A DNA stretch of 64,000 nucleotides from Octopus sinensis. Taxonomy: Eukaryota. The notes under the pieces were generated by a model. It had not been told where the DNA came from, searched no databases, and saw only the letters and a list, made by a program, of their open reading frames with translations. The stretch is taken from contig NC_043020.1 in NCBI RefSeq assembly GCF_006345805.1, forward strand, positions 19,592,001 to 19,656,000, given 5' to 3'. Below, piece by piece: positions 26,194 to 38,148 of this stretch (the first letter of the stretch is position 1; every line of letters begins with the position of its first letter). Position numbers and translations under genes: made by a program.

Positions 26194-26374
26194 CCTCAGT
26201 CTGACCTCTATGGACTTTTGAATAGACTGGCAGAAAAGTTTGGTGAAGAACCTCCTGTCTTCTCGAAGGTTCAACAGAATCCTGTCAACTCCTCGTATCA
26301 AGTAGACGTAGGTGACTGGTCTTCTAGCAATTCAATGGCTCAACCTTCTCACACCCCGTATCCTACAAGACAAA
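26194..26374 (+). CDS. TSG101: TSG101 exon 5 (PQSDLYGLLNRLAEKFGEEPPVFSK...PYPTRQ)
   Basis: ttttctag / A|gtaagc; 181 nt; FGEEPPVFS marks the end of the UEV domain. Confidence 0.95.
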
Positions 26375-27268
26375 GTAAGCTATTGTTCTTGATTTAATGT
26401 TCCCTTGTTGTTGTAAACTGAGTCTAATAAAGATCTGCTGGGACATTCTAATGAAATTAATTAAAATTCAATCCATAGATTCAACTATTCTACAATTCCT
26501 TACACTCATACACAGTTGTAAAGCTTTTATGTCATGTAAAGAACAGAATTTGGCGTTATTTTAAAAGACTAGAATATTTTTGTTATTCTGTGTTAAATTG
26601 TCACATTTGTGATGTTTGATGGGGTTTTTTAAAATTATTTATTTTTTTTACATATTTTAATAGTTAGATACATGACTATATAATCTTCCAACACATTACC
26701 CCAGTAGATCATAAGATATGTTCACATGGGATTACCATACAAGATCATGTGATATCCTTGTATAAGATCACATTATCTTCACATATCCAGATACATTATG
26801 CCTGTGCAAAATGATGAGATATTCTGAGTTAGTGTCTTTTTACACATTCACATATCTTCTTCCGTCTTGCTAAGACACTTAGTTATGCTAATATAACTGC
26901 CAATGAAGTACAGCTTTGACACAGCTCACACCATTATGTAGAAGACACCTTCACATAGCCAGCACAAAAGTGTAGCTAGTATTGAACCATACAAAACCCA
27001 CACACATGCGCTATTCGAAATACATCTTATATACAGATAAAGTGCAGTAACAATATACCAGCACTATGTACAGTAATACTAATGTTATCTATTGCAGACT
27101 AACTATATATTAATACAAATACGATATACTAACTTTATAATACAATTTGTGATATACTATGTTCTTTTATTATTATATATTAATATAAATATTCATTAAT
27201 ATTTGAAATTACTAACTATATACAATATATTAACACTGTGATATATTTCTTGGTTTCTCTCTCTCTCT

Positions 27269-27350
27269 CGTGTGTATATATATATATATATATATATACA
27301 TTCACACATGTACACACACACACATATATATATACACACACATAGATATG

Positions 27351-27403
<53 letters not shown>

Positions 27404-27420
27404 GCATACACACACACACT
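27269..27420. repeat. Compound (CT)n/(TA)n/(CA)n microsatellite
   Basis: Direct reading; lies just upstream of the exon 6 acceptor. Confidence 0.9.
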
Positions 27421-27457
27421 AAACCAACATTTATGTTTTCTAATTCCATCGTTTCAG

Positions 27458-27700
27458 GTCCTTACATGCCAAGTCCTGCAACTTCAAGCAGTATACCTCC
27501 ATATCCTCTTCCTTATACTGCACCACAGACCACTGCTAGCTCTTATTACCCATCTAATTTAAATAACCCTCTACCGTACCCTGCACATCCTCAATACCCT
27601 TTGTACAACACTCCCTACCTTGGATACCCAGCTTACTCTGAATCGACTTCGTCGGTTACCACTCCAACACCTATGTTTGGGCTCAACTCAACTACATCAG
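27458..27700 (+). CDS. TSG101: TSG101 exon 6, Pro/Tyr-rich region
   Basis: gtttcag / CAG|gtaatt; 243 nt; phase 1-1; PYMPSP...PPYPLPY...PYPAHPQYP. Confidence 0.9.
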
Positions 27701-30336
27701 GTAATTCACACTTAGTCCACACATTATTTTCTATCACACCAACACATTTTGCTTCTTTGTATTTCTGCTGTTGGTTTCATGTTTTTTTTTAAATTTTGTT
27801 TTTTGTTTTGTTTTAATAGTTTTTAGTGAGTTTTATGTATTTTTGAACCAAATTTGTAGGTGAAGCTCCAAGTGTCTGACTGATGGTGATTGCTAACATT
27901 ACTGCTTTGTTGTGGTATGCATTGATGCTCAGAAGTTGTGGTTGATATTGTAGTTGTAGTCACTTACAAATGTGGGTTCCACAAGGAGTGGCACTGGCAA
28001 TCAATTCATTTAGAAAAGGAACAACTCTAAATAAGGACTTAGAGAAGGTAGAAGGAGTCTCTTTAGTTCTATCAAAGACATCTATAGTGTTGGTGACATG
28101 ATAAAATGGATTTAGTCTAATCTGTAAACTGGTTGGTGATAGGACGAGCATCCAATTGTAATAACCATGCTAAAATCATAACATAAACAGTAACCAGGAA
28201 TGGCAGTTTTCTTTGTGTGTGTGTTATGGGGGGAAGGATGAGAAGAGGAGATATTTGAAGTTGAGGATAAGATAAATAGAAATGAAATAAAATGAGATGA
28301 GACAGAAAGGCTAGATCTGAAGTAATAACTAATTCAGTGTGTGTGCCAGACACTTAGTCAACCTATGCTAGCATGGAAATCGTACGAAGTTCTCTTAGCA
28401 AGTGGTTTGATCTCACTGCTCTGAATCTTGAGCATATACAAGTACCCTTAAGTATAGGTTCAGATCAGCCAAACTTTGAGTATGAAATTCGATGGCTATG
28501 AATTATGGCTGCCTAGGTATAGGTATGGCTGTGGTAAGAAGTTTACTTCTCAACCGCATGGTTCTGGGTTCAGTCCAACTGCACAGCACCTTGGGTAGGT
28601 GTCTTCTACTATAGTCCTAGGCCAACCAAAACCTTGTGAATGTATTTAGTAGATGGAAACTAAAACATTGTCGTATATATATGTGTGAGTGACCTTATCT
28701 TGACATCATGTAAAGGAGTGTCAAGCAGTGTCATTCATTTCTAATATTCTCCATGGTTATGGGGTAATACTACCTTGCTTGGAAACAGGTGAGGGTTTGC
28801 ATAGAAAATCTTCCCCAATAAACTCTGTCTGACCCATGGAAAAGTGAATGTGGCTATGATGTATCTGTTCTAAGGTGGTAGATTTAACCCATCACCCAAT
28901 TTAATATCAACACAACCACCACCATCCTCTAGCTCAAAAATATCCTTTCGTTGACTCCAGTTAGTTGTAAGCTTTCAGACCAGATCTGCAGTGTGAGAAT
29001 AAATCAAAAGCTGTGGGGTTTTCCCCTGAAGTCTCAGTTGTTTTATAGAGGTGGAGGCAAGACAAAATAAAGGTCATGATGTTGACCCTTCTATCTTTGA
29101 TGTGACAGACACTTCTATTTTTTAAAGTAACTTTTCTGACACAATTGCATTCATTTTTCTGTTCAGCTTTAAACTTTCAATATTCAGATTATTCTATTAA
29201 ATGTAATCCTTGTTCATTCACATTGTTTTGAATTAATCTTGCATTATCTTGTAACTTCAAGATTTCAATGATGTGCTTGTTTAGTTTTAGAATGACATTG
29301 TAGAGTAGGTGTGATAGGCCAGATCTAGTCAGTTTGAACATGAAACAGAATATTTGAGCCAAACACGACCAGTTTTAATGCTAAAGGGTTAAATGTGATT
29401 TCAAGACTTTGATATTCTTAACAATCCATCACAGAATTTTAACCTTGTGTGTGACTATTTGTTGTACTGTGGGTGGGTAGATGTTAGTATAGTTTTTGCA
29501 GTGGTGATGACACAGTATTTTGATATTCTATGATAGTGTGTGTGTGTGGATACTGGTGTAGTTCTGTAGTTATAATAACACATCATCTAGATATTTTGTG
29601 GCAGTGTGTGATTTGTCAGTGTTTTTTAGCCTCAATTCAGTCCTTGTCAAGCAAACTTATGATCAGAGACATTCCAGTGATGGCCACCATGTCATTTTTA
29701 GATGTGTATAGGACCACATTATCTAATGTGTCCTTTCTTTATTTGAAAGAGTGTAATTTGAGGGTGATTCAGCTGCTGTTTCAACCAGATTGAGTAACCA
29801 TGAGGAGGCTTTCTCATATGATTATATGGCTGTGATGTACACAAGTTTGTTTTTTGTGTGTTTGCTGTGATACTTTCCTTTATACAGTGACATGATAGTT
29901 AACCATGCGTAACTGTTCATCGCTAATCTATGTTAATTTATGAATTAATCATAATTTATTCAGTGATAATTTATGAATATTTAACCATGTTTATTCAGTG
30001 TTAATTTATGAATATTTAACCTGTTTGATACCAATCTACCTTCTGCTTTTATAGTACAAACTTCCTGTTTCCAAGTGACCTGAATTAAAATTTCATATTA
30101 ATTTATGTTCCAAACATCAACTTAATAATGACAAAGTTATATCAAATTCTTCATTATTTTTTAAACTTATTAAAACAAAGGTGTTTTTAACAGAAATATG
30201 GTAACAAAAGTTTAACCATTTTTAGTACATGTTACTATATGAATATTTACCAGTATTTACTCTATGTTAATGATATGAGCTTTTAACAGTATTTACAATA
30301 AGTTTTTAATACTTGTTTTCTCTTCACCTCATTCAG

Positions 30337-30464
30337 GAACTCATTTAACACAAACAGTATCTGGTACAAGTACTGTGACAGAGGAACACATTAAGGCCTC
30401 ACTGATATCTGCTGTGGAAGAGACACTGAAACGTCGTCTAAAGGAAACATTTGCCCAAGCTCAG
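30337..30464 (+). CDS. TSG101: TSG101 exon 7 (GTHLTQTVSGTSTVTEEHIKASLISAVEETLKRRLKETFAQAQ)
   Basis: attcag / CAG|gtctgc; 128 nt; aligns to human GTISEDTIRASLISAVSDKLRWRMKEEMDRAQ. Confidence 0.95.
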
Positions 30465-32469
30465 GTCTGCAACACTCATGTAGTCTTATAAATCTTCCTT
30501 AATCTCTAACTTAACAAAATTATAACTAAGAACTTTTGTTTTAGTCCCAGGTCAATCATAGCTGAGCAGACCTATGATCAAAGGCATTCAGGCTTGTGAC
30601 CAACTGTTCTTTTTAAGGGATTTCTCAAAACTACATTACATAGTACTGCAATAATTATTTGGCAAACTTGATACTAGAAGTGACTCATATTTCTGGATTT
30701 TCTAGTTTTTTCGAGACAGTCTAAATCATCATCATCAGCCATTTTCCATGCTGGCATGGGTTGGACAGTTTGACAGGAGCTGACCAGTTGAAGAGCTGTT
30801 CAGGTTCTGTGTCTGTTTTGGCATGGTTCCTAATCCACTTAACATTCCTCAAATATACCATACTGTATCATGTATACAGTATAATGTTTATAGGGAGAAA
30901 ATTAGATGAAATAATGAACATGATTTTACTTAACAGATACAGGTACAAATTAATACACATCTAAAGCAGAGTGTATTTAATCTTTATTAATCCACTTAAA
31001 AAAGTAAAGAACAAAATTACTTTTAACACACTGCGTATAAATTAACCAACTTCAAAAACAGTCTGTTTACTCAGTACAGTATATTGCACAGTATTCCCCG
31101 ATTTTTGAAAGCCATATAAGAGGTCAGGTACTGTATAATTATTGTACTTAATGACTTACTAAGTGCAAAGATATACAAGACACACCTCAATACTGGCAGG
31201 CCATTTCTTGGGCTTCAGTTTGCCTGTAACCTGAACACTGATTTTCAGTTAAAATGGAGACTAATTTGTTTAGGGAGCAAAAAATTGTGCCTTATCAGAT
31301 ATATAAGACGGCAGAATGTAATTTGAAGGAAATTTAGCTGTTATTTCTTACAGGCTGAGTAACTGCATAGAGCCTCCCCATTGAATCCACTCATCAACTC
31401 ACTAAAATCCCCATGCCTAAAATTACCTTCTGAGTTCAAATACTACCATGGTTCTTCGATATATTTTACATTTTGCTCCAGCCCTAGGTCATTCTTCATT
31501 GAGCAGGCCTGTGATCAAAAGAACCTCCAACCATGATCGATCTGTCTTTTTGTATATCTAAGACTACATTTTACATTATGTCCATCATTTTCTAAGATGG
31601 TTTGAGTGTGATTTGAGGGAGATTTGGTTGTTATTTCCTGCAAGTCAAGTGACCGTATAGAGGAGCCCACATTGGATCAATAAATAATATATATCAAGTG
31701 AATGATTCTTACCTTCCTTTAATCTTTGGCTTGAGTTAGACATTATTGGATAAGCAAAATCTATAGATCAGTAGATAAACTGCTGCAAACCTCTATGTTC
31801 TGAATTCAATTCTTGCTAAGGTCAACTTTACTTTTCATGCATCCAAGGGTCAATAAAACAAACTCTACATCAAGTACTGGAGTCAGTTTGCTTGAATCTA
31901 TTCCTTCCCTGCAAATTTCTAACTTTGAATGTAAGAAATTATTTAGAGCATTTACTAATGTGTTTTATCATCTTCATCTATGAAGGATGTGAAAGAACAG
32001 AAACAGGTCATCAGCCTGAATGTTTTGCAGTATTTACAATTTTTCATTCTTCCATTCTGTATTCAATTCCACAAGGATCTTCCATCTTTCTGAAATTAAT
32101 TTGTTCATTCCAGATGGTAGTGGAGAGTCAGTTTTTTTCCTTCAGCCTTCTGAGGAGGTCCTTTCTATCATTTACCCTTCTAAGTAATTGTTATGTCTCT
32201 ATTCAGAATTGTTGTAATCCTTATAATGTTGGATTATTATAATGCCCACTTCAGGTACCACAGTATAGTTATTAACTCAGAAAGACATTACTGTCAACAC
32301 AGTCTAACACATACTGTCTCGTACTCTCCTATTTATAGTGACTTATCATACCACTTGTCACATGGGAGGGTTGTACCATTATTACTAATTCTCTACATCT
32401 CCCCTTTTAAGTTTTTCTTAAGAAATGTCATTTTATTTAGCAATAATTTTTTTTAATTTACCCCACCTC

Positions 32470-33330
32470 CCTTTTCTGAGGCATCACTTCCCATTCAAAC
32501 TGCTCCAGTCTTTGAAATGTCATCCTGGCTGTATGTGGCTGAGCATCATCCTGATGGAAGAACACCTCTTGTCTTGAAGCCAAAGATGGTCGTTTCTCTT
32601 CTGGTGTTGACTTAAAACCGCTCAAGCTGTTCATAGTAGATCTCCTTTGTCATCGTTTGGTTTGGGTTTAAAAGTTCAAAATGGACTAAACCTTTCATAT
32701 CCCACCAAACAGATAACAACACCTTACGTGGGTAAAAAAGGTTCATTCGTGAAGCATGACAGCAAAGAAGAGCACACATTCACTCTCTGCGCATGATTAG
32801 ACTCGGAAAGTTTGTGAGGAACCCATCGACCTAATTTCCTGACTTTTCTGATGGCACACAGGTATCAATGAATGGTTGAATGACCAAACCCAAGCTTCTC
32901 TGCTAGTTCCTCAACAGTTATGGTGGGATTTTGTTCCACCAGGGTTTTCAGACATCCTCGTCATGCTCTGTAGATCTTCCAGGACAAGGTTCATCTTCTA
33001 GGCTGTAGTTTCTAGCTCAGAATTTCTGGAACCACTATTGACACTGGTTTACGCTTATTGTCCAATTCCCATATACTGCATTAATACTCGATTTTTCATT
33101 GCGTTGTTGCCGTTATTGAACTCATAAAGCAAAATATGCCAAATATGCTCCTTTGTCACTTCCATTATAGTTTTGATAAAATAGTTGTTAAAATCAATCT
33201 GACTCTTCAAAACTTGCACTAAGAATAAACACAAGGTAAAATTACTACCTGCTTTTATAGCAAGTTGGTGCAGATAGTCTATCCCATCCCCCTCCAACTT
33301 TTAGTTCATGCAATTGAAAAATCGCATTAT
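32470..33330 (-). mobile_element. Decayed mariner fragment whose 5' terminus is interrupted by a piggyBac insertion
   Basis: - strand MEVTKEHIWHILLYEFNNGNNA resembles the mariner N-terminal HTH region; further frameshifted DDE-region remnants run toward 32500. Confidence 0.7.
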
Positions 33331-33333
33331 TAA

Positions 33334-34384
33334 CCCTTTCGTTACTATATTTCTGACCAAAATACACCCCTTATGCGTTTCAATTAATTTCTAACATAAT
33401 CATAAATTTAGTCTGATTTCATTAAACAACTATAACTTTTTTATTTATCAATATATTAATGTGATTTTTGGAAGATAATTTAATGAAATGTTCTCAACCA
33501 ATTCTATACTATAATTTTTGTCACAAAGTGACTCTAATTGCAGGTAGATACAGATAAAATTATTGAAATTTTGTTCAAACATCGCTATAGAAAATGGGTT
33601 ATTTAGCTAATATTCAATTGGGTATACAACAAAATTTTACGATAGAATTTGTTATTCTGGGTAACTTTCTGATACCCATAATAATATTTATGGCAAAATA
33701 GGCCTTAATTTCATTTAAGGTTGTGGGAAACCACTAACTATCCTTTCTTTCGCTTTGTTTACATTTAGCGTAACGGTTCGTTTCTGCCATAATGATTTCA
33801 AATAGGCTCATTCGAAAAAGTAAAAAGAAATAGTCTAAGGCTTTACTGTCCTGGGAAAGTCTGTGGCTTGGTCCAGTTTCTTCAGAAAAATCACCGAAAG
33901 AAACAGTTTTTAAATTTTCACTCCATTCAGGTGCCAATTCATTTTCTCTATCGCTGTCGGAGCTCTCGGATTCACTGTTTTCACTTTCGGAAAATGAAAC
34001 ATCAGATTCATTATCAAATACCACGTGCTTTTTTTTTCAGTCATAGAGTTAGATTTATGAAGGTCTTAAGTAGAAAATCCTTCGAATTCTGACTCGCTGC
34101 TTAATATAATGAAATTCGTATCCATTTTTTGTCAGAATTACAAATTTTGAAAACACAATAGGAACAAATTTCGGAAAAAATTCTCCCAAAATTCACGGAA
34201 TTAAAATTATACTTCGATCGTTGTACAAAACTGTAGATAAACTGTTTACGAAGTATAATCAGTGTTTTCACGAATGTACTAAAGAGATTTGCTCTGATAT
34301 TCTCATTTAAATATGAATAGGTAAATACAGGCGGTTTGGTCACATTAGCCCAAATTTTTTTTGGGCGGTTTGGTAATGAAAGGG
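33334..34384 (-). mobile_element. Internally deleted piggyBac element, 1051 bp
   Basis: TTAA at 33330-33333 and 34385-34388; TIRs CCCTTTCGTTAC / GTAATGAAAGGG. Remnant ORF 33734-34024 has an acidic N-terminus followed by ALDYFFLLF...IIMAETNRYA, typical of piggyBac/PGBD transposases. Confidence 0.88.
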
Positions 34385-34477
34385 TTAATGGGATGACCCA
34401 ATATTTCCTTTGTGCTGAATTACCGTGACTATATATAAAATCCTAAAGCTTCTCCTCTAAAATCTATAAACTTTCAG

Positions 34478-34570
34478 GCTGAAATGGATACGCTGTATAA
34501 AACACAGAATGACCTTCAAAAAGGTCGTGAGTGTCTGGAGAAGATGATGAAATCTTTGGAACAAGAGAAG
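34478..34570 (+). CDS. TSG101: TSG101 exon 8, coiled coil (AEMDTLYKTQNDLQKGRECLEKMMKSLEQEK)
   Basis: ctttcag / AAG|gtttgt; 93 nt; aligns to human AELNALKRTEEDLKKGHQKLEEMVTRLDQE. Confidence 0.94.
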
Positions 34571-34675
34571 GTTTGTATTGAAATAAAAATCTCTATGTTG
34601 TCAGCTGGTATTATTAAGGTGGTGGCAGGGCAGGGGTTCATTTAGCTAATCTTTTAGTCTTTTACACATTTCTGC

Positions 34676-35036
34676 CATTTTGACTGCAGCCATGGGGTTT
34701 TAGTTGAAGAAATCAGCCCCAAGACTTACTCTTTGTAAGCCTAGTACTTATTCTATTGGTTACCTTTGCCAAACTGCTAAGTTACAGGGACATAAACACA
34801 CCAACATCAGTTGTCAAACGATGCTGAGGGTACAAACACACACAGATACACACAAATATATATACATTTATATGTATACAACAGGCTTCTTCCAGTTTCC
34901 ATCTACAAAATCCACTCACAAGGCTTTTGTCGGCCCAAAGCTATATTAGAAGACATTTACCCAAAGTGTCATGCGGTGGGACTGAACCTGGAGCCATATG
35001 GTTGGGAAACAAGCTTCTTACCACACAGCCACCCCT
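34676..35036 (-). mobile_element. tRNA-derived SINE copy
   Basis: Reverse complement of the 18265-18640 family. Confidence 0.75.
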
Positions 35037-35523
35037 GCACACTTTTACATTCTAAGTTAATATTATCAAGTCAATAAAGTACTGGGGGTTATTTGTCTGT
35101 CCCCACCCCATTCACTGAATTTGTCACTTTATGGTGCAGGCATGTTTATGTAGTGAGCTTACTTCCAAATCATATGTCCTGAGTTCAATCCCAAGGTACT
35201 GTGCAATGGGAATGAACCCGAAACCACATGGTTGTAATGCTGGCACCTGAAATATATTACTGCACACAAGTAGATGTGAAAAATTAGCAAATAAAAGAAA
35301 CAGAATTAATGAAAGTTATTTATTCAGAGATGCCGTTTGCATGGAAAAACAACAGTTAAGTTAATGTGGTGAGATCATCAAAAATCTCTTTAAGAAAATT
35401 TTTTTGTCTTGTATGTGTGTGTTCAGGATAAAGTAATTAAGACTTTTTCGCTAGCTGGGGAGTGAAACTGTTGTCATGTTAATCCAAACCATTGATGTAT
35501 TAGAATGTTGTTTGTCATTTCAG

Positions 35524-35657
35524 GATGAGGTGGAGAAGAATATTTCTATACTGAAGGAGAAAAATGCTGAACTGAAAGAAACCTTGAACAAAATGGAGAA
35601 CCAGGGAGAACTTAAAATTGATGAAGCTGTTGTTACTACAACACCACTCTACAGACA
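35524..35657 (+). CDS. TSG101: TSG101 exon 9 (DEVEKNISILKEKNAELKETLNKMENQGELKIDEAVVTTTPLYRQ)
   Basis: tttcag / CA|gtatgt; 134 nt. Confidence 0.95.
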
Positions 35658-37755
35658 GTATGTTTAATCTATTTGTACTAGGAATGGTCAATTGCCATTC
35701 ATTTATACAAATGTACATACAAAAAAACGTGTGCATATGTGACTGACTACAAATACATAGAGCAGAACACAGCATGAAAAAGAAAATAAATAAAAAAATT
35801 CTTTCAGTAATTTATCATAGTTGTTTACAAATAGTGAATTTAAAACTTGAAATGAAAACATTAAAATTAGACAAGGATAGACTTAAACACTTTTTTAAAA
35901 AAAGCCTTCCGCTTCCCTCAGCCCCAACCTCTTGGTATTTATTTTAGGGGCCACTAAGCATAACCAACCCTTTAGATTCAGATCACTCTGTCAAATGTAT
36001 TGCTTATTGATTCACATTGTTTTCAGTAAATTATGCATTATCTTGTAGCTTCAAGATTTCAATGATGTGATGACTTATTTCTAGAATGACATTGGAGAGG
36101 CTGGAAATGGCCAGTTTGAACAAAGAATGAGTAGAATATTTTAGTCAGTTTAAATGCTAAAGGGTTAAAGGAGGTCCTGGTGGCAAATGTAGCATGGATG
36201 AACCTGCCTGCTGCTGCTGGGAGATGATATTGTTTATTGTCCACTTTCAATTGCATTCCATTTTCATACCATCATCATCGTCATCATACGTTCATTTCCC
36301 TTGCTTGCATGAGTTGAATGGCTTCACAGGAACTGACAAGGCCCGGGACCACATCAGGCTCCATAATCTGTTTTTGCTTAGTTTCTAAGGTTAGATGCCC
36401 CTCCTAATACCAACCTCTTTATAGAGTGTACGGGGTGCTTTTTATGTGACTCTATCACCAGTGCTTTTTAAGTGGCACCATCACTACTCTTTTTATATGA
36501 CACCTTAATTTTAGGATTTCAGTTCTGTTGTGGTGGGTGAATCTTCTTGAGTATAGCTAAAGGAAGGTGAAATATTTCTGTGGATAAAATGTTGGACAAC
36601 TGAGTAAAGAACGAACGTGTCTGAGACTGTCTTCCTTTTCAAAAGATATTGTAACTTATCATTGTTCAGGTTAACCCAGAACAAATGGTTCTAGGGCCCA
36701 CAGGTAATCGAGATTCAAGTGCTGCCCACAGCAAGTGTGGGGCAAGGTGTACTTAGAGTTTGACAGTTGCTCTTCCTCTGCACTGATTATTGTGTGCATT
36801 CCCAGCACAGTTGCTGTGTAGTGACTTAGATCAAGCTTTATTCAGCAGACCTTTGATCAAAGGCATTCCAATTGTGACAACCCCATCTCTTTCCTATATG
36901 TCAGACCACATTATCTAATGTGTTCTCTTTTTTAAAAACATTTAGGCATGATTTTTGGGAGATTTAGCTGTTTTTCTTGCAGATTAACTTCATAGAGACT
37001 CCGCTGCTGGTTCAACCCAGCATGGTATATGGGCAGGTTAATGAGTTTAATGATATTGCAGCTATTTCTATGTGAGAGAGAGAGAGAAGTTCGTTGAATG
37101 GGAGAGATACTGTTTTTAGGATGATGATGTGGTTCTCTGAGGTGGTGTTTCAGGGTGTTTGAAGGTAGGTATTCAAACCTGACCATTCCATCTTCTTTTC
37201 TGGCATATTTGGGATTACTTTATGTTGTGCAGTTATACACATTTAAGGCAGTAGTCTAGTACTTTGGGAAGTTGTGGCTTTCTTGCAGGTTGAACATCTG
37301 CGTAGAGGCTTTATTGTTTAACCCTTTAGCATTTAAATTGGCTTTACTCAGCCCAAAACTTTCTACCTGTTTTATATTCAAACTGGCCAGATCTGGCTTT
37401 TCACACCTACCTAACAATGCCATTCTAAAAATAAGCATTACATTTGACAGATTAATCCAAACATTAAAGTATTGATTTGATGTTGCTTCAGTTAGCCCTT
37501 CCTTAAAAACATCTCACTGGTATTCTGTTAAAAGTTGCCTACAGAATGCTACTGTTCCATGTACATGTGTGCTTGTCCTACATTAGAAACATGTGGTTGG
37601 TGTTTTGTCCTGTCCACATGTGTGTATTTGTAGCAATTTGTTCATTATTCCTTTTAACTAACTCTAGAGATAGTAAAGTTTGGCTGTAAAGGAGGCAGTT
37701 TTTCTGAAGAGTGTAACATGTGGTTCCTTTCTAGGTCACTCAACAGATCTGGTTT

Positions 37756-37788
<33 letters not shown>

Positions 37789-38045
37789 TCATGCTCACAA
37801 ACTCTCATACTGTCATGTAGGGAAATGTGCACCATCAGGCATAGGCATACAAACACATGTCCACACATCCTGTACAAGTATGCACACAGTTTTGTAGCTA
37901 TGCACATATACGTATTCATATAGACATGCATGCAGTTATGCAGACACATGCACACTCTCTCTCTCTCTCTCTCTCTCCCTCCCTCCTTCCCTCAACTGTT
38001 CCTCTTCTTCCTTACTGCATATATATTTTGTTCATTTCATTTCAG

Positions 38046-38148
38046 ATTGTTGAATGCATTTGCTAAAGAACAAGCTATAGAAGATACCATTTATTATCTA
38101 GGAGAAGCTTTACGAAGAAGTGTTATTGATCTTGATATCTTTCTCAAA
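38046..38148 (+). CDS. TSG101: TSG101 exon 10, steadiness box (LLNAFAKEQAIEDTIYYLGEALRRSVIDLDIFLK)
   Basis: tttcag / AAA|gtaagt; 103 nt; aligns to human ILNLYAEENAIEDTIFYLGEALRRGVIDLDVFLK. Confidence 0.97.

Noticed and set aside
27196-27562. ORFs rich in [12 protein letters not shown] here and elsewhere (e.g. 208-615, 2789-3147, 41723-42011, 43679-43908)
   Set aside because: They are translations of (TA)n/(CA)n microsatellites.
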